Assembly: GCA_964599455.1 (NCBI GenBank)
Contig: CAZREA010000001.1
Span: 269,183 to 333,182 of the forward strand
Origin: an uncultured Gammaproteobacteria bacterium
GTDB taxonomy: Bacteria; Patescibacteriota; Patescibacteriia; UBA9934
DNA: 64,000 nucleotides
Direction: 5' to 3'
Positions 1-9,659 of this stretch are shown piece after piece; positions within the stretch are counted from its first letter, which is position 1, and each line of letters begins with the position of its first letter. The position numbers and the translations under genes were made by a program. The notes beneath the pieces are model-generated. The model was not told the origin of the DNA and ran no database searches. It was given only the letters and a program-made list of their open reading frames with translations.

Positions 1-787
1 CTCGAGCACTGATGATTTCACCAAGTGTAGGCTTGTTCACCGCAATGCCGCGTAATTGTACCCAGGCTTCATCGTCAGCTCCGCCTTTATCGGTGAGACG
101 GATAATCCAAAAGGCATCACTGCCTTCCAGATAAAAAACCGACTCGCCAATAGCTAGATCTTTTGCCGACACTAACCACACCGGCAGATCCTTCACTAAA
201 AAGACGCCGAGATCTCCCCCATCCACCGCTGAACTGTCTTCAGAAAAATAGCGGGCAACATCGGCAAAGGGCATACCTAGCTCGAGCTTTTGTTGAATAG
301 CATCAAGACGCATGGCGGTTGGCGAGCCGTTGAGCTCAGTCTGTATGCGAACCTGTTCTTGCGCGACGCGGGCTCTGACAAGAGGCTTTACGATCCACTG
401 ATCAATCTCTTTTTCGGAGAGATCGGCGGCGAGAAGCGCCTGATGTTGCACATCAGAGAGAACCGAATAATCTTGCCAGACAATTTCTTGCTCCTTGGTT
501 CCCAAAATAGCCTGAATACGTGCATCGCGCACTGCAAAACGCAACGATAACGGAAAGGCCTCGTCATATGATGATGTGATGCCAAGTGCGACAAATGCAT
601 GCGCTCCTTCACTAACCCGACGATAACCCATCACATCACCTTCTGCTACGGCCGCGGGTAATACCAAACGCGTCAATGGCCGCGTCCAACCGTCACCCAA
701 ATGAAGGAACCAGGAAAAAATTTGAAAAAACAAAAAAAGAAAACCAATGACTACTCCTATTTTCACCAGCACCTTTTTTTGCATCAT
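1..787 (-). CDS. PrsA/PpiC-like parvulin peptidyl-prolyl isomerase with N-terminal membrane anchor (runs off window start)
   Basis: Manual translation from ATG 787: MMQKKVLVKIGVVIGFLFLFF...FADVARYFSEDSSAVDGGDLG (parvulin motif); ATGA overlap with upstream stop; absent from ORF track because truncated. Confidence 0.75.
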   Translation of the reverse strand, partial: MMQKKVLVKIGVVIGFLFLFFQIFSWFLHLGDGWTRPLTRLVLPAAVAEGDVMGYRRVSEGAHAFVALGITSSYDEAFPLSLRFAVRDARIQAILGTKEQEIVWQDYSVLSDVQHQALLAADLSEKEIDQWIVKPLVRARVAQEQVRIQTELNGSPTAMRLDAIQQKLELGMPFADVARYFSEDSSAVDGGDLGVFLVKDLPVWLVSAKDLAIGESVFYLEGSDAFWIIRLTDKGGADDEAWVQLRGIAVNKPTLGEIISAR

Positions 788-1191
788 AGAGCATCTTGCG
801 AGGATGGATAAAAGAAATAGTGAAACCACTTTTTTGGATTACTCATCACATTCGCCGAGGAGTCAACCTGTCCTTGTTGCATTTTTCCATTCTCCGCCGC
901 TTCTCCATCCTCAACAACGTAAACCGTTTCACCTGGGCGAGCAAGGTTCAACTTGAGGCGGCTGTTTTCTTCGACATACGTTTCCGTCGCTAACTGATCA
1001 ATCAATTCAACCGACTGTAAACGCTTGCCCTCAAGCGCTGCATTTTCTTTTTGCAATCGCGTAAGTTCAGCAGCAATATCCATATTGCGCACATATTCCC
1101 GACCAAATGACACCGTCACAAAAAGCACACCACCGACAACGGCGATGGTAATCCAGGTGATAAGAGAAAAATTAAACTGTGGTCGATCCAT
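784..1191 (-). CDS. Septum formation initiator family protein (FtsB/DivIC-like)
   Basis: N-terminal TM helix, coiled coil, YVEENSRLKLNLARPGETVY motif; follows murE. Confidence 0.8.
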   Translation of the reverse strand: MDRPQFNFSLITWITIAVVGGVLFVTVSFGREYVRNMDIAAELTRLQKENAALEGKRLQSVELIDQLATETYVEENSRLKLNLARPGETVYVVEDGEAAENGKMQQGQVDSSANVMSNPKKWFHYFFYPSSQDAL

Positions 1192-2497
1192 AGCCCAATT
1201 GTGCCAAAGATTTTCTTACCTGCGCCCGATCATCCCAAGGAATGGTTTTGCCATCAGCAACCGCCATCACTGGCTCAGAACCTTTGCCCGTAACAAGCAC
1301 CACATCACCAGGACGAGCAAGTGACAAGGCATACGCAATTGCCTGTGCACGATCTTCAATCAAAAAAAGATCGAGATTATCACACTTCCCTTCTTTGCGT
1401 GCGCCGTCAGCAACCGCATCGATAATACTGCGTGGATCTTCGTCATATGAATCTTCATTGGTGACAATAACCACATCTTCATGTCGTGCAGCAACTTGTC
1501 CAATAAGTGGTCGACGAGCCTTGTCACGCCCACCACCAGCAGAACCATGAATACCAATGATGTGATTCGGTTTTAGAGCCTCACTCGCCGCAAATAATGC
1601 CCGCAAGGCATAGGGTTCATAGGCATAGTCCACAATCACCGTAAACGGCTGTCCTGCGTCAATCCGCTCAAATCGTCCGGCTACTGCCTGCAGACGCTCT
1701 GCAGCCTTCATGACCTCGGCAAGATCAAAACCCAAACTTGCTACCGTTGCTACTGCTGCCAACGCATTATACCGCTGAAATGCTGCCAACAAGGGCCAAT
1801 AGGCCATCTCGTCATTCACATAGACGGTCGCGCCTTGTTTATCGACCGTTTCTTCATGCGCAAAAAAGATTGGCTTGCGATACACACTCCAGCCAAAAGT
1901 CATGTGCCTGTCAGCAGGAAACTGCGAGTAATAGGGCGAATGTTCATCATCAACATTGATCACTGATACTTTATCAATCCGTTTGCCGTTGAATATTTTG
2001 TGCGAACGTTTGGTGAGATGAGTAAATAAAAGACCCTTCGCTTGCTTATAAGCCTCGAAACTTCCATGTGATTCGATATGTTCAGGTGTGAGATTGGTAA
2101 AAACCGCGACGTCGTAGTTGATACCCACATGACGATATTGCGCGAGTCCTTGTGACGAGGTTTCGACAATTGCATAGGTACAGCCCGCATCAACCATGTC
2201 GCGCAGCATTTTCTGTAGCACGAATCGACCCGGCATGGTCATCTTCATCTTGTTTTCAATCTCTTTACCGGCGATGTTAAATCCCGCGGTCGACGTATAG
2301 CCTACCGTTTCACCAAGGGACGTGAGGAGTTGTGCAATAAAATTTACGGTTGACGACTTCCCATTCGTACCCGTCACGCCAATCACGATCATCTTCTGCG
2401 ACGGCGAACCATAAAGAACCTCAGCAAGTCGCGCGAGGAGAAAGTGATACGCCAACAGCAATGGCGGTGGGACGAGCTTTTTCAGCATCGACGCCAT
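1172..2497 (-). CDS. murE: UDP-MurNAc-L-Ala-D-Glu ligase MurE
   Basis: GVTGTNGKSS, ETSSQGL, FTNLTPEHI, VDYA, GKGSE motifs. Confidence 0.92.
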   Translation of the reverse strand: MASMLKKLVPPPLLLAYHFLLARLAEVLYGSPSQKMIVIGVTGTNGKSSTVNFIAQLLTSLGETVGYTSTAGFNIAGKEIENKMKMTMPGRFVLQKMLRDMVDAGCTYAIVETSSQGLAQYRHVGINYDVAVFTNLTPEHIESHGSFEAYKQAKGLLFTHLTKRSHKIFNGKRIDKVSVINVDDEHSPYYSQFPADRHMTFGWSVYRKPIFFAHEETVDKQGATVYVNDEMAYWPLLAAFQRYNALAAVATVASLGFDLAEVMKAAERLQAVAGRFERIDAGQPFTVIVDYAYEPYALRALFAASEALKPNHIIGIHGSAGGGRDKARRPLIGQVAARHEDVVIVTNEDSYDEDPRSIIDAVADGARKEGKCDNLDLFLIEDRAQAIAYALSLARPGDVVLVTGKGSEPVMAVADGKTIPWDDRAQVRKSLAQLGYGSTTV

Positions 2498-2499
2498 AC

Positions 2500-3960
2500 T
2501 TACAGATTGCGAACTTCTTCACGGAACTGTTCCCCACGATCAAATTCATTTTTAAACATGTTAAAGCTGGCTGCACCTGGCGACAACAAAACAATATCAC
2601 CCCCTTCGGCAATCTTGCGCGCCTTTTGCACCGCTTCTTTCATGGAGTTTGCATCGTACAGCTGAACTTTTCCTATTAATTGCTTTTGCAAGATATCAGA
2701 TGCAGTTCCCGGAAAAAGAATGACGGCCTTGCAGAAATTTACAACCGCCTCCGCCAAAGTTTCGTAAGGCAAATTCTTATCTTGCCCGCCAGCAATCAGG
2801 ATAAGACGTTGTTTATCACCAAATCGTTTAAGAGCGGCAACAACGGCCTCAGGAGCAGTGGCGGCTGTATCATTAATGTATGCGATTTCATCAACCTCGC
2901 GGACAAGCTCCTGTCGATCAGGTACACCCTTAAAGTTTCGCAACACGGTTGCAATTTGCTCAGGTGCAACACCACGAAGCATTGCCGCACAGGCCGCTGA
3001 CAAAATATTTTCCAAATTATGATCACCCTGCAACGCCACATCTTTTAACGGCAAGATGCTCGTCTCTTTTCCTTCTCTTCTAAAGAGAATGACGCCATCT
3101 TTTACAAAACAGCCATCGCTACCGTCATCCGTTCGCGAGAACCAGAAGAGTTTTCCTTTCACACGTGGCGCCATCGAACGAACGAGATCGTGATCTTTAT
3201 TGAGCAAAGTGAATTGATCGGGATTTTGATAAGCAAAAATAATCTCTTTGGATTTGACGTACTCTTCAAACGAATTGTAGCGATTAAGGTGATCGGGATA
3301 GACATTCGTGAGCACTGCAATGTCTGGACCTTTTTTGAGATCGGTAAGGGCACCGGGAAGACTTTCAAGTAACCATGATGAAAGTTCAAGCACGATGGGT
3401 GTAGCGGCGTTGTTTTCCAGAAGTTCATCGAGAAACTCAAGTGGGGACACACGAATATTACCAGCAGTGATCGCTTTCGGATCGAGCGCTTTCAACATTT
3501 CTCCGAGCAAGAGCGTCGTAGTAGTCTTCCCCTTTGTTCCGGTGACCGCAATAATAGGATGATGGAAATAGCGGAAAAAGAGACTCACATCGGATTCGAT
3601 GCTAACTCCATTCTTTTTGGCGAGTTGAATATATTCAGATTCACTCGGCACACCCGGATTCTGCACCACACAATTCACACCTTCAAAATCCTCTTTACGA
3701 TGCTGACCAAGCACAAAGAGCGGTTGATAAATCGTTCGATCAGGATACATATCGTGATACTTGTGATACCACTCCATCACCAAATCGACCGATTCCTGAA
3801 GCTCTTGAGCGTCCTTGAGGTCGGTAATAACCGTTTGCGCACCGTGACGCATGAGCCATTTAGCAGTACCGAGTCCGCTTCCCTGTTTATAACGGCCAAG
3901 ACCCATAACCGTAACCACCGCATCGCGGAAATGTTCTATACGATCAAGCTGCATATGCAC
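2500..3960 (-). CDS. murD: UDP-MurNAc-L-Ala:D-Glu ligase MurD
   Basis: AVTGTKGKTTTT, LELSSW, DHLNRY, YINDT, LLSPGAASFNMFKNEFDRG. Confidence 0.95.
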   Translation of the reverse strand: MHMQLDRIEHFRDAVVTVMGLGRYKQGSGLGTAKWLMRHGAQTVITDLKDAQELQESVDLVMEWYHKYHDMYPDRTIYQPLFVLGQHRKEDFEGVNCVVQNPGVPSESEYIQLAKKNGVSIESDVSLFFRYFHHPIIAVTGTKGKTTTTLLLGEMLKALDPKAITAGNIRVSPLEFLDELLENNAATPIVLELSSWLLESLPGALTDLKKGPDIAVLTNVYPDHLNRYNSFEEYVKSKEIIFAYQNPDQFTLLNKDHDLVRSMAPRVKGKLFWFSRTDDGSDGCFVKDGVILFRREGKETSILPLKDVALQGDHNLENILSAACAAMLRGVAPEQIATVLRNFKGVPDRQELVREVDEIAYINDTAATAPEAVVAALKRFGDKQRLILIAGGQDKNLPYETLAEAVVNFCKAVILFPGTASDILQKQLIGKVQLYDANSMKEAVQKARKIAEGGDIVLLSPGAASFNMFKNEFDRGEQFREEVRNL

Positions 3961-6501
3961 TTATGATAGCAAGGAGCGTTCGGGAAGGCGATGTGGTGCG
4001 AGGATAAATCGGCGTGCCAGTTCCAAACCGACCATTTTTAACACACTCAATAGGCCAACAACCATAATCCACGACCAGGTTGGCCAAACAAAACCAAAGA
4101 AACTCGCAACCGCAGGCCAAACCAGCAAACCAACCAACAATACGCCGCTCATCATGACAAACATCCATAATTCTTTGTTATAGGGTTGAGACATCTGTCC
4201 CAATCCCTGATCAAGACGTCGAAAAACAAAAATGAGCAACAGAGCATCAAGACCGATAGCAAAAAAGAGTATAGTCTGCATCATAGACAGAGGGAGTTGT
4301 CGCAGGGACAATGCGTACATGAGCGATAGCATTATCCCAGAAACAAAGATGCAAGCAATAATCGTAAAACGACGTAAAGATGGTTGTAAAATATGTTCAT
4401 GAGAAGAACGCGGCAACGAACGAGCAGTATTTTCCGTCACCCGTTCAAAAGCAAATCCAAGCGCCGGAAGTCCATCGCACACCACATTGAGCCATAAAAT
4501 TTGCAGGGCTGTAAGCGGCAACGGCAATCCCGTTAATAATGCGCCCGTGATAAGGAGAATTTCACTCAAACTAAAGGTTAATAAATACGCCGTCATGTTA
4601 CGGATATTGCTAAAAAGCAAACGCCCTTCACCAACGGCATCTACCAATGTTTGCAGCCGATTATCAAGAAGCACGATATCGGCCGTTTCTTTGGCAACAT
4701 CAGTCGCGCTACCCAAACTCACCCCAATATCAGCACGCTTCAGTGCTGGCGCATCATTCACTCCATCACCCGTCATGGCCACCACTTCTCCTGCCTGCTG
4801 CAATAATTGCACAATACGCATTTTATCTTCGGGATTGATGCGGGCAATAATATTGGCATACCGCAAGGCCTGTGTGAGTTCTCGATCAGCCATGTTGCGG
4901 ATCATTTCTCCGGTCAAGGCCGTACCGCTTTCAGAAAAACCTAAATCTTTAGCAATGCGCCAGGCAGTATCAGGATGATCACCAGTCAGCATCATGAAGC
5001 GAATTCCCAATGCACGAACGTTGGCAATCATCTCCTTGGCATCAACACGCAAGGGATCGATAAAACCCAAAAAACCAATAAAAGAAAAATCATGCAATGC
5101 ATCTTCGGATACTTCTCCATCTTTCGCAATCAACAACAAAACACGAAATCCTTTGGCGGTAAGATCTTTATGGCGATCATGTAATTCTTGCAATCGTGCA
5201 TCAGAAACATCGAGCGCAGGAAAAAGTATCTCCGGTGCCCCCATGAGCACCGTCTCCTTTTTCTGTGCACGCCCAAGAATCACGCCAGAATATTTTTTAT
5301 GACTATCAAACGCTATTTCTCGAAAAACTTCTCCTTCAACAAATCCTGCATGCAGCGCAACATATTGTGCAATCGCCTGCTCGGTTAATGACGATGCAAA
5401 CTGTGCATGCGTAGCTGCACCGCGCGACAAGGCATGTAAATACGTGAGCGACCGTGTTGATTGAGCAGTATCAAGCATCTGAAGCGTCATGTTGCCAGTA
5501 GTGAGTGTGCCCGTTTTATCGATACACATAATCGTCACCGAACCCAGTGTTTCCGCTGAAAGCAGACGACGAACAAGCGCTTGTTTTCCCAACATGCGAC
5601 GCATGCCTACTGCGAGCGTCATGGTAAAACCGATCAACAGGCCTTCGGGCACCGCCGCAACGGCAAGCGCGATACTCGTACTTAACATTTGCGAAGGATG
5701 AATCTCTTTCAGTACACCAAAAAGAAAAATAATGGCCGCAATCGCCAACGCAATAAGCGTGATTTGTCGTGAAAGGTGATGAAGATCTTTCGTGAGCGGT
5801 GTCGCCTGTTCACTAGCAGTTGCCGTCAACACGGCAAGTGATCCGAAAACGGTTTTTATTCCCGTAGCTACGACAATCGCCTCAGCCTTACCTCGTGCAA
5901 CGGTGGTGCCAGCAAAAATCATATTTTTGTGCTCTGCGTAGGCGGCAGAGGCGGCAACAGGTTCAATGCTTTTTTCCACTTCCGCACTCTCACCCGTCAA
6001 CGCCGCTTCATAGGTTGCAAAACTATGCACCGACAGCAATCGGGCATCAGCCGGAATCTTTGCACCTGCCGATAATAAAATAATGTCACCAGGAACGATG
6101 TCCGCCGCCTCAATCGACCGCACCTCTCCATCACGACGAACCAACGCCTTTTCTGAAATTAAATGTTGCAACGCAAACAGCGCTCGATCAGCACGATATT
6201 CCTGAAAAAATCCCAGGCCTGCATTAAGAAGCACAATGCACCCCGTTGCTATCGCATCCCACCATTCATGCAACAATAACGAGATGATAACCGCGATAGC
6301 GAGCAAGAGCGTAAACGGACTTTGTAATTGATGCCAAAAGATTTTCACCACCGAGGTCGGTCGAGAAATTTTCAAAATATTCCTCCCCGATGTCCGCAAT
6401 CGATTTACTGCTTCTTGATCAGAAAGCCCCAACACTGCGCCCTGTTGCAATCGAATAACATCAGCACTCTCGAGCACATGCCACGCATGACGTTCCTCCA
6501 T
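3961..6501 (-). CDS. Cation-transporting P-type ATPase (type II, Ca2+-like)
   Basis: LTGES, PEGL, DKTGTLT, TGDH, TGDGVNDAPALK; start placed at ATG 6501 downstream of TATACT. Confidence 0.92.
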   Translation of the reverse strand: MEERHAWHVLESADVIRLQQGAVLGLSDQEAVNRLRTSGRNILKISRPTSVVKIFWHQLQSPFTLLLAIAVIISLLLHEWWDAIATGCIVLLNAGLGFFQEYRADRALFALQHLISEKALVRRDGEVRSIEAADIVPGDIILLSAGAKIPADARLLSVHSFATYEAALTGESAEVEKSIEPVAASAAYAEHKNMIFAGTTVARGKAEAIVVATGIKTVFGSLAVLTATASEQATPLTKDLHHLSRQITLIALAIAAIIFLFGVLKEIHPSQMLSTSIALAVAAVPEGLLIGFTMTLAVGMRRMLGKQALVRRLLSAETLGSVTIMCIDKTGTLTTGNMTLQMLDTAQSTRSLTYLHALSRGAATHAQFASSLTEQAIAQYVALHAGFVEGEVFREIAFDSHKKYSGVILGRAQKKETVLMGAPEILFPALDVSDARLQELHDRHKDLTAKGFRVLLLIAKDGEVSEDALHDFSFIGFLGFIDPLRVDAKEMIANVRALGIRFMMLTGDHPDTAWRIAKDLGFSESGTALTGEMIRNMADRELTQALRYANIIARINPEDKMRIVQLLQQAGEVVAMTGDGVNDAPALKRADIGVSLGSATDVAKETADIVLLDNRLQTLVDAVGEGRLLFSNIRNMTAYLLTFSLSEILLITGALLTGLPLPLTALQILWLNVVCDGLPALGFAFERVTENTARSLPRSSHEHILQPSLRRFTIIACIFVSGIMLSLMYALSLRQLPLSMMQTILFFAIGLDALLLIFVFRRLDQGLGQMSQPYNKELWMFVMMSGVLLVGLLVWPAVASFFGFVWPTWSWIMVVGLLSVLKMVGLELARRFILAPHRLPERSLLS

Positions 6502-6679
6502 ATAGGCAAAGTATAGCAAGGAAGCGCGTTGACAAAAACCGTTCTCAAGACTATAAACTTTCATTGATTACGCTTCTCTTTCTTTTATTGATCGGATGAT
6601 AAAGAAAGGCAGAGGAGGGCAATTGCGATAGTCGCATTGACTTTTATTCTCAACAACAACTGATAAGGAGTAACGAGTC

Positions 6680-7537
6680 ATGAGGTTCTTTATTCTGTTT
6701 TTTGTGAGCGTGGCCTTTGCCGCCACCGGCACGACGATGTCGACCTGTAACAACGGGTCCAAGCCCATCACCGAAGAGGCCGAGGAGAAACCCTGTTATC
6801 AAGACGACGATGGTGATGGCTTTGGTGGCGAGGAGTACACGGTTCGCCCGTGCAGCACCATGACCGAGTCCGAGGCTATCGTCAGCAACAATGACGACTG
6901 TGATGACGCGGATCCGAACGTCAATCCCGACGCTGACGAGTATTGCGACAGTATCGACAACGACTGTGATGACGAGGTGGATGAAGACAGTGCCAAAGAC
7001 GCCGATACCTGGATGCCAGACCTGGACGGCGACGGCTACGGCATCTACGAGGACTACGTGGTCACCTGCTATCGCCCGGCGGAAATGGCCAATCGAGGCG
7101 GCGACTGCGATGACACCGATCCCGAGGTCAACCCCGGGGAAAAGGAGCAGTGCGACGCGAGCAGCATCGACGACGACTGCGATGGTGCTGTGGACGAAGA
7201 ACAGGACGCCGATGAGGATGGCGCCAACGCCTGCGATGACTGCGACGACGACAACGATGATGCCTATCCAGACGCCGAAGAGGTGCCATCGGACATCAAC
7301 GATGTCGACGAGAACTGCGACGGCGTGGTCACCTGCTATCGCGACAACGACGGTGACGGCTACGGCACCGACGAAATTGTCGACGGTGACGGCTACTGCG
7401 ACACCTGGGACAATGAAGCCATCGAAAAGCAGACTGGGGATTGCGACGACTCACACGTCAACGTAAACCCCGGCGCCGAGGAGCTATGCAACGGCATCGA
7501 CGACAACTGCAATGACTACATCGACGAGCTCTGCTGA
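6680..7537 (+). CDS. Secreted Asp/Cys-rich repeat protein (MopE-like putative metal-binding motifs)
   Basis: Signal peptide; repeated DxDGDGYG and DCDDxxxxVNPxxxExCxxIDxxCD units; TAAGGAG SD. Confidence 0.85.
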   Translation: MRFFILFFVSVAFAATGTTMSTCNNGSKPITEEAEEKPCYQDDDGDGFGGEEYTVRPCSTMTESEAIVSNNDDCDDADPNVNPDADEYCDSIDNDCDDEVDEDSAKDADTWMPDLDGDGYGIYEDYVVTCYRPAEMANRGGDCDDTDPEVNPGEKEQCDASSIDDDCDGAVDEEQDADEDGANACDDCDDDNDDAYPDAEEVPSDINDVDENCDGVVTCYRDNDGDGYGTDEIVDGDGYCDTWDNEAIEKQTGDCDDSHVNVNPGAEELCNGIDDNCNDYIDELC

Positions 7538-7569
7538 TCTTTACTTTTTTTCCCATTCATCTAGGCTAT

Positions 7570-7993
7570 CTCTGAGAGATTTTCATGACAGAAGTTCCTG
7601 ATGGCCACGGGAATAGACGTCGGGTCGAGATGTTGCCGCAACAACATCTCGGAAAAACCAGTGAAAAATCTCTCGGAGGTTAAGCCCTTATCCTTTTGTA
7701 AACCTATCGCCAACGTAAAGATTACCAGCGTACGATGACGGCTGATAGGAATGCTCGGGGAAAGGCAAGCTGCAAGGATCCAGCGGTTGGAGGTCCCGAA
7801 ATGGGACAGAGAACACGCGACAACGGTGCGTGACCCAACCAAGATTCGCCCGATGAAAGTTCGGGGAGGCGGCATCTTGAGGATGTCGTCAGGGGAATGA
7901 TGAAAGAAACTGCAGTGCGGATGCAGAACCAAAAGTCGTTCCCTCGCGTTTACGCGTTACGTGAACTCGCTCTCCCAAGGAGCGGGTTTCTTT
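7570..7993 (+). ncRNA. Candidate large structured non-coding RNA (unassigned)
   Basis: TTTACT-N16-TAGGCT promoter (7540-7567), many nested stems, terminator 7964-7993, no credible ORF. Confidence 0.6.
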
Positions 7994-8042
7994 ATTGGCC
8001 GAGGTTGCAGAAGAAAACAGTTTTTGTTATCCTATCGACCGC

Positions 8043-8117
8043 GCGCTGGTAGCTCAGTGGTAGAGCAAAGGCCTTTTAAGCCTGTGGTCGTGGGTTCGAT
8101 CCCCACTCGGCGCACCA
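8043..8117 (+). tRNA. tRNA-Lys(UUU)
   Basis: GCGCTGG/TCGGCGC acceptor, D-arm AGCTCAGTGGTAGAGC, anticodon loop CTTTTAA, GGTTCGATCC T-arm, encoded ACCA. Confidence 0.95.
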
Positions 8118-8187
8118 AGAATATCTCTGGGAAAACCCCAGGGATTTTCTTTATTTCCCCATTTTTTTGTGAGAAAATAATCATCAT

Positions 8188-8841
8188 ATGAAAACCGTTG
8201 TTATTACCGGAGCAAGTCGCGGGATTGGCAAAGCGTTAGCCGAGAAATTTCTTGCCCAAGGTGACTTCGTGATCGGTACATCTCGCACCGGAACGTCGAG
8301 CAGTGAAGATGCCAATTTTCTGATGTTGCCTCTTGAGCTGAGGGACGCAAAGAGTATCGACCAATGCATCAATACTCTGATCGCTCTTAACAAGCCAATT
8401 GATATTCTTATCAACAATGCATGGACTTGGCATGAACAAGATAATGAAGCGACCATTGCTATCCCTGTATTGCGAGAGACGCTTGAAACCAATGTTTTTG
8501 GCGTGATTGCTTTAAGCGAACAAATCTCCGCTCTGATGAAGGACGGGTCCCAAATCATCAACATCAGCTCTCGCCGAGGATCGTGCGAACAAACAACAGA
8601 TACCCTCTATCCCTGCTACAGCATCGCCAAAGCCGCACTCAATATGTACACCAAAAAATTAGCCATGCGATTAAAAGAAAAAGTAACGGTGTCATGTGTG
8701 CATCCGGGATCGGTTCAAACCGACATGAATCCCGACGGAGAAATATCTGCAAAAGAATCAGCAAATGATATCTATCAACTCATCATGAACAACAAAGAAA
8801 CCGGGCAGTTTTGGTATAAGGGAGAAAAATTTCCTTGGTAG
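8188..8841 (+). CDS. Short-chain dehydrogenase/reductase (SDR)
   Basis: TGASRGIG, LINNA, YSIAK (YxxxK), HPGSVQTDM. Confidence 0.92.
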   Translation: MKTVVITGASRGIGKALAEKFLAQGDFVIGTSRTGTSSSEDANFLMLPLELRDAKSIDQCINTLIALNKPIDILINNAWTWHEQDNEATIAIPVLRETLETNVFGVIALSEQISALMKDGSQIINISSRRGSCEQTTDTLYPCYSIAKAALNMYTKKLAMRLKEKVTVSCVHPGSVQTDMNPDGEISAKESANDIYQLIMNNKETGQFWYKGEKFPW

Positions 8842-8850
8842 ACTTAAAAA

Positions 8851-9369
8851 TCATCCAAAATCTTGACGAAAACAGTAAAAAGCCAAGGTCACTACATCGT
8901 GTTTTAAACCTATCGGCCAGATACCTATACGATCAAAAATTCCAGTAGAAAAATGTTTGTGATTACGAGTCAAAAGAAAAAGATTTTTTCCGTATCTTTT
9001 AAGCTGTGCAGCGATACAGCAGTCAGCTAATTCTGGTTCTGGCAATTTTCTAGCAGTATAAAAATGAGCGATATCTATAGCATCTTGAAATAATTTCTTC
9101 TCTCCGGCGATTGGTAAACATGTACATCCAAGAATAGCAAGATAATCAAGAATTCTCTTCTTATATTCTTCTTGATAAGCAGTTCTTAAAAATTCAAATT
9201 CAATAAAAGGATTATAGTGGAGCGAACAAGAAGAATCATCAAGAAATTGGAAAAGTTCTTTAAAGGGTTCAGGCGTCTGAAATGATTCGATAAGAACATT
9301 CGTGTCAAGAAGAACCGCTTTATGCTTCAACAAATTCTTCAGTGTATTTTCCTGAGCGATATTGAGCAT
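8851..9369 (-). CDS. PIN-domain (VapC-like) ribonuclease
   Basis: LLDTNVLI, EFEFLR, LADCCIAA, LTRNHKHF; start uncertain. Confidence 0.85.
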   Translation of the reverse strand: MLNIAQENTLKNLLKHKAVLLDTNVLIESFQTPEPFKELFQFLDDSSCSLHYNPFIEFEFLRTAYQEEYKKRILDYLAILGCTCLPIAGEKKLFQDAIDIAHFYTARKLPEPELADCCIAAQLKRYGKNLFLLTRNHKHFSTGIFDRIGIWPIGLKHDVVTLAFYCFRQDFG

Positions 9370-9490
9370 AAACCTCTCGACGAATTTTCTCATTTTCTTT
9401 GTAGAGCCGTTGCAAATCTTTTGCAACGACAAAATACTGATCCCAATCAATGGTTTTTTTCTCGACAGCTTTTTGAGAAAAAGTATTCAT
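9320..9490 (-). CDS. Small protein, putative antitoxin
   Basis: 56-aa charged ORF upstream of and overlapping the PIN gene; TATGAT just before ATG. Confidence 0.5.
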   Translation of the reverse strand: MNTFSQKAVEKKTIDWDQYFVVAKDLQRLYKENEKIRREVYAQYRSGKYTEEFVEA

Positions 9491-9659
9491 ATACCTAATC
9501 ATAACACAAAAAAAATTAAACACATCAAAAAGAAAAAGCCCCCGATGCGGACGGAACCGCTATAAAACAACAAACCCCGCGTCGGAAACGACGAGCACTC
9601 CCGAGTTGGGGCTTGTCGTTTGATGCGGGGCTGAGAGATAGAAATTGCTCGTTGTCGAC

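Noticed and set aside
7570-7993. tmRNA, RNase P RNA or self-splicing intron; ORF 7561-7932(-)
   Set aside because: Hallmark motifs not found, no interrupted host gene, and the ORF lacks protein-like composition or a good start
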